From positions 516,053 through 580,052 of the forward strand of contig JALDTO010000179.1 in NCBI GenBank assembly GCA_023515725.1: a stretch of DNA of 64,000 nucleotides, read 5' to 3'. The stretch comes from Amoeboaphelidium protococcarum X5. Taxonomy: Eukaryota > Fungi > Aphelidiomycota. Of the stretch, positions 1 through 11,456 are shown one piece after another. The translations under genes and the position numbers were made by a program. A model generated the notes under the pieces. It made no database searches and was not told the origin of the DNA. It saw only the letters and a list, made by a program, of their open reading frames with translations. Position 1 is the first letter of the stretch; each line of letters opens with the position of its first letter.

Positions 1-2
1 GG

Positions 3-300
3 AAGTTTTGGTTGTTTTTAAATCACCAAAACGGTAACCATTGGACTGTCATCCTGTTCTAAAAAACACTTCTGAATATTTGTGCTACTACTATTGCTCG
101 CTGCGAAAGCCTGTTGAAACCGACTTTTTACAACACTGCTGCTTGATTGTATAGCTTAGACCGCTCTATCTATCAAAGAAGAATGTATATAAATCTAGGG
201 ACCTATTAAGCCAAGTTTATACGATTGTGGTGTGTATGCATTGTGGTTTATTGATATGGTCTATTAAGGGAAGTTTCACTCCATTTAACAGTACTCCATT
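3..300 (+). pseudogene. Decayed C-terminal Ulp1/C48-like protease fragment, probably the tail of an upstream KDZ transposase copy
   Basis: Three blocks in three different frames: FLNHQNGNHWTVI (15-53), YLCYYYCSL (77-103) and GPIKPSLYDCGVYALWFI (about 199-252). They are colinear with FLNH..GHW / YCSYYCS / GPTQSDSHSCGLFSFWYI of the intact domain at 9290-9560. Two frameshifts; continues beyond the window start. Confidence 0.65.
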
Positions 301-498
301 GTGCCTGTTTCTAGTCTGCGCAATTTATTGAAATTTCAGAGCGATCCCGCTCCAATCACACTGCTTTTCGCCCGAATCACACCGCCCCGCTGCCCACTAA
401 CAAATACAGCCCAAACTGGCTAATATACTACTCTTAAAAATATTAAAAAATTTTGGCATACTCTGCCACCAATGTACCAAATTTTTTGTACATCGGAG

Positions 499-3400
499 CA
501 GCCAATCACAGTGTAGCACTGCACTAAAGTAATGTCGACACTGCTTTCATGCGGTTTCGCGATCGGCTGTGAAACACTAAAGCTGATGGCTGATGCACTA
601 CCATAGACGTAAAACAACATCAAATGCACTTCAACATACCTAAAATTCAATTATCCATTAAAACTCAAAAATTAGCCACTCATATACGTCATAGATATTA
701 AGAGTGAGGGTGTGATCACTTTCTTCGCGACTTTCTTATATTACTTTCCGCCACCTTCTTCTGCTCCAATTCGCGAGCTTTCAACTCTTCATACGGTCGT
801 CTAACCTCGGCCGCTCGATCCTTGTACACCTACTTCTCTTCGGCTGACATAGCTCTCCACAGTTCATGCAGATCCTTGCGACCATTGCCCATATCAGCGC
901 AAAATTGAGTGTAACTGTTGATATTCGGGATTCTAATAGTTCCGTCAGCATTACCATCCGCAGACGCGAGATTTAGCAAAGACACGCCGGTGCCGTTAGA
1001 TGCTCCCTGCGCAACACCACTATCAACGCTGGCAGCATTCTACAACACAGTTTTAGCCTGCTTCTTTGTACTAGTTGAGACGGTGGCTTTGGCCTGCAAC
1101 TGCTCTAAAACTTTTGCTCTCATTGGCTGAAACAATGGATGGCGCCACAGTTCGTTCTATGGCTCTTAAACACGATCCAACCACTTAAACATCGACTGCT
1201 CGCCGCGAAGAAGGTCCAAAGTAGCCAGCAGAGTCTCAGTGCGATCACCGGCCAAAGTAAAATTGTCAAATAGAGCATAAGCAGGACGCCTCTTACTGAA
1301 AGCCTTTCTTAAATTTTCATCCCCTCTGCGATATAATGCACCATCTTACTCCATCTATTGCACACCTTTGCAATGCTAAAACAATCCAATTCCATAATAC
1401 TCTTCATACAGGAACTTGAACGATTTCGGATTATCAGCAAAACGAAATCCATTAGCGGGAGGGAGCACAGCTGAAGAAGTCCTTGCACTTTTCGCAGCCT
1501 CGTCCAGTTAGACGTTTCGATATGCAGCACCAAATCCTTGTGCCTATAGCTGAAACTACATCATTCGCAATAACTCTTACATTTAAGGCTGCAAGGTAGC
1601 AATTGACGTTTCCAACTACTTGACACGATGGCTCAACACGTTCGTTAACTTGGCCAATTGTTAATAATGGGCTACTATCGCGGGAGAGATATCAACATTC
1701 TACTCTACCGCGGAGGAATGCTAGTCAAGAAATTCAACGCTATATCACTTCTCCATTACTTAAATTCAGGCAAACAGTACGGCGGCAATGTCCACAATGA
1801 AGAATTAGGATATTCATACATTAGAATAACGGCATCTTGACACATGATGACAGACAACTACTCTAACAAATCAAGAAAATGCTTAGCAGCCAAATCTTAC
1901 TCCTCCCTGCCAGCATCCATAACAACAGCTTTAGCTACCTTCAATTGCGGAAACACTTTCTCTGAAAACACCTCCGGTACAGATATGGCAGCGCGTGGAA
2001 TATAATACTGGCCTTTCCCACGCGCACCGCTCAGCAGACGCATCGAACGAAGAGAGAGATTCGTCAGATAGCTGGACTACAAGTCATCACCACGCCATCG
2101 ACCATGATTCTAGATTCCAGCTCTCTCTACATCATGTTATTCCAGCATCTGCGCTCCCGCCATTCTATTGGAGTGAGTCACTTTAGAGATCATTATATTC
2201 AAGTCCTTGAAACATTTGGACAGAACCGCATGTTAAGACTGATACGTTAGAGCCTCTGTTTCATCCTCAACAGACTTTAGCAACACAATATCATACCAAG
2301 ACTTTCGTGAGCTGAAGTCAGGAAACGGACAACTGGAGTCTTTCATCCAGCGATATTGCAAGTAAAATCCAACCGCCGCAACTGGACACGTTAGCACATC
2401 GAGTCCTCGAAAACAACCAGCATATTACACTCGCCCATTCTTCAAAGTCTTGCCCTGATTCATAGTTATCACTAAACATATTGCAGGCGAAGGACCCGTA
2501 GCTGACTGAGATGGGTAGATTCTAATTGCAATGTCAGATAATAAAATTCGACGCTTCTCATCGCCTCTTTACAGCATTGCGTCGCCAAGCAGGAAATCCA
2601 TCCTATTTCTAAAGCCTGATATTGTATTCTTCATAAAAAAATATGCAGCAACTTTAGAACGCTCAGAGCATGAATAGGTATCACTGAAGTGAAGTGCCCC
2701 CTTGTCTTTGTACTCTGAGCGCCATCTACCCACCTCTCCACGCAAAGTTATTGTCAGCAATCTTTAAACGCCGCCCTCTCTTCGGATGGCTAGGCCCACA
2801 ATCTTAAGGGAATATGCAGCTCTAATAACGCCACAGATCTATTAATGCACGTACGTGCAGACACATTATATTGTACGAAGTACTTTTCCCTTTGACTCTA
2901 TCATTGATCTATCTCTGCACAGCAATATTGGAAACAACATACTTCAAATATGCCAACATCTTAATCTCATAAACAAAATCGGTCAATCCCAGAGTCTGAC
3001 AAAATTCGCGCCATTCCTTGACAGGACCTGCATATTCTTTCTATGTGTTTACGGGCCTAGACTGGCGGAATTCTTTTTCAACGTTTATAATGACAGAATT
3101 ACCACCAGTTCGTACACCTGATGTAAAATACTACTTAAAGACACCATCTTATGGTAACTATTACTGTATAGTAACTGATGGTCGACCATCAACGCGTTAA
3201 TTATCAGCAATATCATCCACATCAGATTCTGAATCAGACTCGCCATTATCAGTAGTTGAAACAGCCTACTAGATCCTAAAATGGAATATAAAACATCGGT
3301 CGCCTCAAGCAATGTGAACAACTACTGACGCCTTAAGACAAATGCGCGGAAACCTGCAGCCACTACCTCAGACTTGGTAGAAATAAACTGGAGAATCTAC

Positions 3401-4566
3401 GAGAATAAACAAGTGTTGGAAGGGTCTTATCCACGAAATTCTTGCACATACTTAAAATATTGCCGGTCTATCTCATCATCACCAAATACATCACCCTCCT
3501 ACTAGCCATCCAACTAACTCAAATCATCGGACAACTATCGATCAATAATACTACTCAATGTCGCGTGATCCTCATCAATATTGTCACCAACAAAGGCATC
3601 CTCCACATTAGAAACTCTTAGTTAAAGAAGAAGTTGGGCATCAGTGCCGTCAATGTCATCGTCCGCTCCGGGCTCCATCTAGAAAAACTACACCAGGATT
3701 TAAGACACACCGTGATGTTCAAACAAATCCTGCTCTTGTTTTAATAAAGACAATGCGAGCTACTTATCCTACTTGCCAGACTGATCCACACAATTGACGA
3801 CGGTGGGAGTAGAATAATACTCTTTAACAGCTTTAGGTTTAGGACCAGCTTTACGACTCTTCTTGCGCTTCTTTCTTTTTGGTCTTATGAGTGAGCTTGA
3901 TATAGTACTTTCATTACCACTATTCTCTGAGAACTCGTCAGCGGTAAATGCATCAATTAGAGCATCAAAATAATCTCTACTGCCATTGGTATCATCCAAG
4001 GTGCTTGAAGAATTCATGACGCAGATTTTTAGTTTTTGCAAAGTGAAAAGAAGGAAGGATACACGGAGTATAAGATAAAAATAACTTGGCTGATTGAAAA
4101 GTCTTCCACATACTGAAAATCAATTTTAGATATAGAAATTATGTCTATACAAGTATCCAACAATTATCACGATACTGATTGACCCAACTATAAAACAATC
4201 GAACCCGCAATATGCGAATCCAATCTTAAGTTGAAACCAATCAGCCTCACACGCATAATACGCAGTCAACAACATGCTGCCGCACAGTGATAAAGCAAGA
4301 CTTGATATTCCAGATACTTACAAAAAATACACTTTCTAAGGCCATATATTGTAGAAAAAGCTCTAAAAATTTTTAAAAATTATTTTTTTTGGCGAAAAAT
4401 TATGCAGGGCTTGTTGTACCAAGAGAAGCGCTAGCAATCCTGATTGTTTACTGCTCTGTTCTTTGGATTTATCCAAAGTATTAAGGCCGTTTTTGTGTAT
4501 TTTTTTGTCCGCAATTTCACGGGTTCACGTGTTTTTACGTCGACAGCCAATCACATTGCAGCATTG
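499..4566 (+). repeat. Degenerate direct repeat flanking the Crypton ORF
   Basis: CAGCCAATCACAGTGTAGCACTG (499-521) vs CAGCCAATCACATTGCAGCATTG (4544-4566), 20/23 identical. Both are preceded by colinear blocks (ctct..aaaa..ttttggc, tgtaccaa, ttttttgt). Confidence 0.55.
716..4017 (-). mobile_element. Crypton-F-like tyrosine recombinase (Ndc10-II type) + GCR1_C DNA-binding domain + C-terminal HMG box; frameshifted
   Basis: With TAR=Gln it reads RPVNTQKEY..PVKEWREFC, RMDFLLGDAMLQRGDEKR, MNQGKT, CPVAAVGFYLQYRW, KVTHSNRMAGAQ, GRW...SSYLTNL, YYIPRA and DLAAKHFLDLL..QDA. Then a GCR1_C-like block (LYEEYYGIG...RKAFSKRR) and an HMG-like block (NSYTQFCAD...LHELWRAMSAEEKQVYKDRA). ATG at 4017, TGA at 716-718. 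Frame changes near 3280 (possibly an intron), 2783 and 1740. Confidence 0.85.
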
Positions 4567-5785
4567 ACTATTGCGTAGATCAAATCGTGGTAGTTGATTG
4601 GTTGTTGAATAGTTTTCGTGCATAATTGGCTAATGTCATATTCTGTTGCAGCTGATTGGAGCATTTTTTGAAATTTTGATTGTTGAACAGATTTGTCATG
4701 CACAGTAAAATAACAGTAGTACGCGGTATCATCAGATTGTTCAGCAATATATCAAAGTAAAACGCACGGTATCAAACGGCCATCTCATACTGTGCTTTAA
4801 ATATCTTCTAATTATTCAGTTTGCAAACTAATGAATATCAAAAATTACGTTCAACATTTATTAACAACCTGTAGTTGAATCGATTGAGGTAAGTTTAGCA
4901 CCGTGAGAAGTCAGTAGCGACCGAAAGAACATATCTTAGTATGATAGTTGTTTGCAGTCTTGGCTTTCTAAAAGAACTTTCATATTATTGTCTTAGACTA
5001 GGCTGAATCAATTTTGTACTTTAAACAAGCTTCCTCAAAGCCCAACGCTCACCAAATATTCGTATGCAACAAATCTGCACACGACTATCACTCGAATGCA
5101 TCAAATCTGCAAACGACTGGTTTCAGGACCTGGCAATCTTACATGCATCAAAACTGTTAACGATCGAAAATTTCGAATGAAACTTTAAATTCTAATATAC
5201 CCTGTTATTATTAATGATAATAATTCTTTACTTCCAACCATTCAAATTGACTTGAATCAAATTCTTTTAAAACGCGTCCATCCATCCATAAATCCATGGC
5301 ACTACTGCCGAGTTCACTTTAGGACAGCTCAAACGCTAGGAGACGCAGACATGTAGCGGCTTCCATCCATCCTCTTCTTCATCACCACTACTGGACCAAT
5401 ATTTGAATAGCGAAACGCGTGGGGACGGTGGTCATTGCCTTGCGCAATAAAATAAGTGGTTTCGCAACTTGTCAGTCTACGCTCCCTGGATGCTATGCCA
5501 AAACAATCATGTAAAGTGAGACGAGTTCAGTTTCCAAAGCACACGTCGGTGGCTCCTCAACCACCATACCATTCCAACCCTCCATAGCGGACGGAAATTA
5601 TGGTTAGAAGTGACTGACTAGATACAGTATCTCCTTCGTATCTCTCACAACAACCAATTCCATTCATTTACCGATTCCCTCCGACTACTGCTATACAGTA
5701 TTTGCTTGGTATACATACATACTCATCTTAGAAATATATATAGATAGAAACTACCCCAACATACTTACATTGGATAAATCCAAAG
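4461..5785. repeat. Two copies of an 18-bp palindromic site in inverted orientation
   Basis: CTTTGGAT-TT-ATCCAAAG (4461-4478) and CATTGGAT-AA-ATCCAAAG (5768-5785). 4461-4476 and 5770-5785 are a perfect 16-bp inverted repeat. Confidence 0.7.
5064..5166 (+). repeat. Three degenerate copies of a motif of about 22 bp
   Basis: ATGCAACAAATCTGCACACGAC (5064), ATGCATCAAATCTGCAAACGAC (5096), ATGCATCAAAACTGTTAACGAT (5143). Confidence 0.6.
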
Positions 5786-5966
5786 CCTTCGCACGGCCGC
5801 CGGGAACCGGTGGACCGTGCCCCGCTGTTTTTATCACTGCTAGTGGCCAACAGAAGAAACAGTACCAGCTAGCTAACTTTTCTCGCTTATTTGCCGATCG
5901 CGCGTTTCAAAGTTTTCGTCAAATTTAAAATTTTAATTTTGCACTCTTTTTCATATTGTGAGCTGA

Positions 5967-8900
5967 ATGAACACTATGTTAAAACGAAAGCTATTAAAAC
6001 CTGGTAAATCAGGCTATAAGAAAAAGATATTTGATGCTAAAACTGGCGAAACTTCAGTTTTTGTGAAGTTAAAGGTAACTCCCGTTGCAAAGACTCCCTC
6101 CCCGGCAGACAAGTTCAAGATTGCTTTCAATCGTAATATCATACTCATAGCTTGCCACAGAATATTGATGGTAATTATAATTCTTTATGTGTAGCTCCAT
6201 CTGATCTTCTGCCACTAGAACCACTAGATTTACAATCCGAGTCCGAATCAGAGATCGTAGCAGAGAGGTAGAATGTGGGTAATGAGCGTGAACAGAATTT
6301 AGCGAATGATATGCTTGATTGTGCTGACATATGTGATATCCCTTATTAGGATGATTTAGGCGATAATTAGAATTGGGTGGATGATTCCGCGTTTGTGCAT
6401 AAATCTTAAATTACCAAACGACAGTCTCAGCCATTATATCTCTTGGATAAAAATTGGAAAGATTGTGTAGATTCGTGTGCTCATGAGTTCATCAATCAGG
6501 CCTATGGCTTTGAAGTCGAATCGGCGTGTTCAGGCTGTGACAATGTTGGCATATATAGATGTCTAGATTGTATTGGCTTTCCTTAGTTCTGTGCCAACTG
6601 CTGGAGTATGAATCACGTGTCTTCATCTGATCATGTTAAGTAGCACTTTACGCACGATAGACTTGAACATCACTCCGAGATGGATTTGAACGCTTTCTGC
6701 CAGCCTACTTGTTCAATTAAGAATAAATAAGTGCGGCTCATTTAATTTCCTGCTGGAGTATCAATATGCAATTTGCGTGTTTGTGAGCATGTGTCTAAAG
6801 CCAGATTCGGAATTTTCAAGTTTCTGTTATAGTATGGATATCTTGCATGCTCTCCATTCTCTCCAAAGTATGCCGTAAAGCTGGACCTGGTCAAGTTGTA
6901 TTGTAATTTGCTAAAGAGTAGCAGAGTTACCGCGTCGGGCTTCTCTAAGGCTCTCCAGAATTCGTGTTTTGTACAGATTCCTAACTCTGTGCGCAAAAAG
7001 CTAGTGATAACTTTGAGGATTTTCATTGCTCTGGAGAGGAAGCTCGCCTCAGAATTTCGGCATAGTTTTGGTACGTGCCATGCGTGCCCCAATGAATTAA
7101 ATGCTTAATATGCTGCGGCGTAGTAAGAGTACGCCGAACAGATTGATGGCGATTTCATCTAAGTCCGACAAGTACTTGATCAAGTTGCAGGAGCAATAAA
7201 GTCGTCTAAACCTGTGACGACTAAACAATCCATACATGTGGCTCTTGATGCTAATTTTAAACTTTCTCATTTGAGGGATAGAGGCGGTCTTTCTGGTATT
7301 GATAGAATCGGAATCTCTGAATCTAAGTTTTACGTTCCTAGTCTGAATTTGATAGATTCTAGTGATAAGTCAGTGATCGAAAGTAAATCTTCCTGTAGCA
7401 ATTTTAAAGCTGTTTAGCAGGTGGCGGGTAAGTTAGCATCTGTATCAAATGACGTGACTGGTTTATTTGGTGCTTGCTGTGCGCGTCATGGTGTTGCCTT
7501 TTCTGGTACATTTTCTGATTTAGACAAAGGTGAGAAATATATCCATGCAGATTCTGCTGTACAAAGTTTGTTATCGTCTTTCGATGATCAGTCATTAAAC
7601 TTCAAAGTATACTATGATATCGGCTGTCAGTGGAAGAAGAAGCTCTCGGACCGACTGCCTACAGCTAAGAGTAAAGATGTGGAAGTTTTAGTACCTAGTT
7701 TTCACGTCTATGCGCATTAAGTTGAGTGCCAGTATCTATACTCTAGCAAGTATGCTGCTGATTGTGGTAAGACCGCTGGTGAGCTTATGGAAAGCTTTTG
7801 GTCTGTCGTTGGTAATTTTGGCTACATATCTAGAACGTTGTCTAGCATGGCCAGAAAGGAAATATTAGATTATGTAATGGGATCACATAGTGATGATTTG
7901 AATGATGGCTTGGTACACCTCATTGTCGAAAGGTATGAGGACGCGTCATAAGAATTCTCTATGTTGGATTAGTATATTAAAGAGTTCGTTGCTAAATCGT
8001 TCACTTAGGATCATGATTCGTTGACTGGGCATCTGCTTTAATAAAGAAGATTGGAAGACTAAACTGTTGTGTATGACGTCTCTGATCCACTGCATGAATC
8101 TTATGTAGAGGCATTGGAGCTTTACTTCGATGATTCTACTGACCAGACGCGCTTACAGTATGTTGAGTAATGTGAGAGAGCACTCGGTATATCCTCCCGG
8201 AATAGGTGGCCTAGGACGTCGGTATAATTTAAGATGACGAAAGTCAAAATTGTGACGCGTAAGTGCTCTATTATGCTTACGGAGTTATATTAGGAGATTG
8301 TGATGCTGTAGCTTGTCCTGCGCTCGCGCTAGAAATTCACCAGCAGTTAACTGCAAAAGCGAGTCTTCAGTAATTTAACTAAGACAAAGGATAAGAAGAT
8401 CAGAGATTTGATGGGTAAATTTAATGAGTAGTTGGACTCGATCTTCTTGAATTTTGGCGAGGATTCTGTTGGTTTTGTTAAATTTGTTAAGAAGCCTGAT
8501 ACTCTGCATCATAACTTCACCATGTTCTAGTAAATGAGGCCAGTCTAATTACTGCATAAGTTTGTGCACATGAGGCAACGCGCATTAGAAGAGATGCTGC
8601 TGTGTAGATTGGAAGCTATTAATATTTTGAAAACAAAGTTCGTAATTCTACATAATCTCACGTAAATTCTGCGTCTCCCCTCTTCGTCGTCGTTAATCCG
8701 ATTCAGAGCTTTGTAACAAGTATGGAACACTTGTGAGGACCTATCGGAATCTATTTAAAGGCTTAAACCATATTTGGACATCGAAATATCATAAAGTTAG
8801 TAGCGCTTACTACATCTTGCTTAGAATCCAAATGATCTGCATAACGAGAGAGATGCTGAAGAACGATGGGATGTTTTTGTGCAGACGGCAGTCAGTTAGC

Positions 8901-9649
8901 CTCCAGACGATACCATGGAAGTCAGTGATGGAGCTGTGGTGTAGTAAGAAGTATAAGAAGAAGTTCCATTGTAGCAGCCTGTGGGCAATCAAGTGAATAA
9001 TGATTGCGTGTCAGATTTCGCAGAGTCGCGCAATGCGGTGTTGTTAAGTTCAGATTCGGTGGATGGGCCTATATATAATAATTCAGCTATGATCGAACAT
9101 TGTATTGCACTATTGGATAGTTCGACTAATAGAATGCTCAATGATGAAATATTGAATTAGGCCATCAAGACTCTGAGGATGGAGGCTGACAATACCGTCA
9201 TGATCTACGACAGTCATTAATTGAATGTATTTTTGGGAAAAGGTGTTAGAGCGGCCGAATTATATCCTATCAGTTCTGATGTTAAAGATATATTATTTCT
9301 TAATCACATAACGCGAGGTTAGGGTCATTGGAACGTCTATCATGTTCAAGTGATTGATGGGGCGATGTACTGCAGTTATTACTGCTCCGCGAACTATCCA
9401 TTTGATTCAACTTTATTTGAGAAGATCAAGCAGCTTCTTAAGTATACACTTGGCTAGGAAACATAATTGAGCAGAAGTTAGAATTGCAGAATACATGGTC
9501 CTACGCAGAGTGATAGTCATAGTTGTGGTCTATTCTCATTCTGGTACATAAAGCAAGTTGTTAATCGTAAAAGAGTTCAGGCCAGTGAAGTGGACATAAA
9601 GGAATTGAGGAATGATATTCGTGCACGACTACTTACCATTATAAAGTGA
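5967..9649 (+). mobile_element. KDZ (Kyakuja-Dileera-Zisupton) transposase with CxC zinc clusters and a C-terminal Ulp1-like protease
   Basis: One probable intron (6133-6194), then an open frame to TGA 9647-9649. Motifs: CSGC..YRCLDC..FCANC, CHACP, ALDANFKL, CSNFKAV, TGLFGACCARHG, DLDKGEKY, YYDIGCQW, VPSFHVYAHQVEC, GKTAGELMESFWS. Ulp1-like part: MLNDEILN, GHW, TQSDSHSCG. Confidence 0.9.
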
Positions 9650-11034
9650 TTTTCAAAGTTATAATATTGGATCATATGTGTAATATATGATACAGAATGT
9701 TTTCACGTACGAGAGTTTGACTTCTAACACTTCAGCTACGCGTCGACACACCAAATCAACAAGCAATCATTAGAGCCATAGGGGCATCTTCTCATTATGG
9801 CACTTAAGTAGCTACATACTAAACATCTCACACAATTAATATTGTGATTTGTTACACTTCAAACATTAGGCGACAATAACTTCCGTGATACAATGTTGCA
9901 ATATCGGCTTTCGAGACCCCACGCCTGCGATTAAGAACATTAAGTCCATTTGTACCATATCCAGTATTCCAAACAGTCTAAAAATCCATGCGCCAGTATT
10001 TTTAAGCATACTTTAAAATATAGGAACAAAATATTACAGATGAAATCATTTTGAAAATTTCATCAACTCATATATACGGTTTTTGTCACTATGATTCAAA
10101 CCCAATACACAAGTTTCAGATTTTGATACTTAAACATTATATCACGACAAAACTCATATGGTTTATGCAGTTTTTTACGCTGAATTCAGAAATACTAACC
10201 ATTAGTCTTGCACTTAATTATTTATCCGAATATCGCGCAGACAAACCGACGACAATGAGGGCAATTGTCTTACCGCTAGACAAAACGCGGACTTGGATGT
10301 TAAGACGTCTAATGACAATAGCAATAGTGCCAAATAGCCAAAACTTTTACAAGACATGTCTTATCACCTCCGCAATCATACTGACAAAATAATAAGGATT
10401 ACAACAGATATTACGGAATCATGCGACAATATAAAACCTTACGGCAACCGGCCAATTGACACGCTGTGATTACCGAATTGATTAACGCTTATAAAAGCGG
10501 ACATAAGACAGATATGCTTAATTTGCTGATACCAGACAACAAAATACAAATAGCAAACACAGAATGTACACCAATATGGATACTGGACCATTAACTATGC
10601 ATATCTCAAACCTCATAAAGGCGACAGCTAACTGCAGGGCACACAGCGTTGTTCAATTATTCATACTAGATATTTTCATTTCACGGGAAATTATATGAGT
10701 ACATACAGAGGGACAGTAAACGATTGAATATTATATAACGTACATTTGACACCAAATTATACGTGAAGAGGCAGTCTAACAGCAAAAGAAGCAATGAGCA
10801 AGATACAGTCAAACCGCAATCATCAATAACATCATTTGCAGAACCATACCAGAGGCACGAAATATAAGTAAAACATTCTTTAACTTATAAATACTTCTTC
10901 ACAATATTCAAACCATAATCAATAAGCAAGAGTCACGAACATACAAATTCTTTGAAGAATCAAAAGATGTTGATCGTTTAAGCATTTTTCTTTCCTTCCC
11001 CATCCTTATTCTTTTATGAAAACTCACCAACAAT

Positions 11035-11456
11035 ATGACAAAGTTTAATTACTAGAGTTTTTTGAACCAATGCAGGGATGGTAAGTTTGAATTAATATTA
11101 TATAATAAAGCTTTGCATGTTATATTGTAGACTACGATGGCAGCTCTGATTCTGACGAGTCCGTTGCGGTGCGCCGTAAGAGAAGAGACTCTTTCGATTA
11201 GTTGATGGAAGACTACAATAGAGGGAGTAGTAAAGTAGGTGCTTAGAACAGAATCTCAACTAAATCGTCTTTATCTTAGCAAAGATCTCGCAAGGCAGAT
11301 AGCCTGGATTATGGATTTCCTGCTGTTATACCGGCTGAAATGGATAAATTTGATAGACGCAAGCTATAGAAGAGATAAAACTATGAAAGAAACAAGACAT
11401 ACAGTAGTATAATTTCAATCGTTCTGAGAAGACAAGAAATTAAAAGGCTGGAGTGA
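11035..11456 (+). CDS. Hypothetical small basic protein, two exons
   Basis: Canonical 50-nt intron GTAAGT...TGTAG (11081-11130) joins the frames; TGA at 11454. No recognisable family. Confidence 0.35.

Noticed and set aside
1740-1759. 20-nt GT-AG micro-intron that would repair the Crypton frameshift
   Set aside because: Far shorter than the 50-77 nt introns seen here, and it would delete residues that fit the family pattern (KQW).
9650-11000. Right-hand terminal inverted repeat of the KDZ element
   Set aside because: I could not find a convincing match to the left spacer by eye; only a short GTCGACA recurs.
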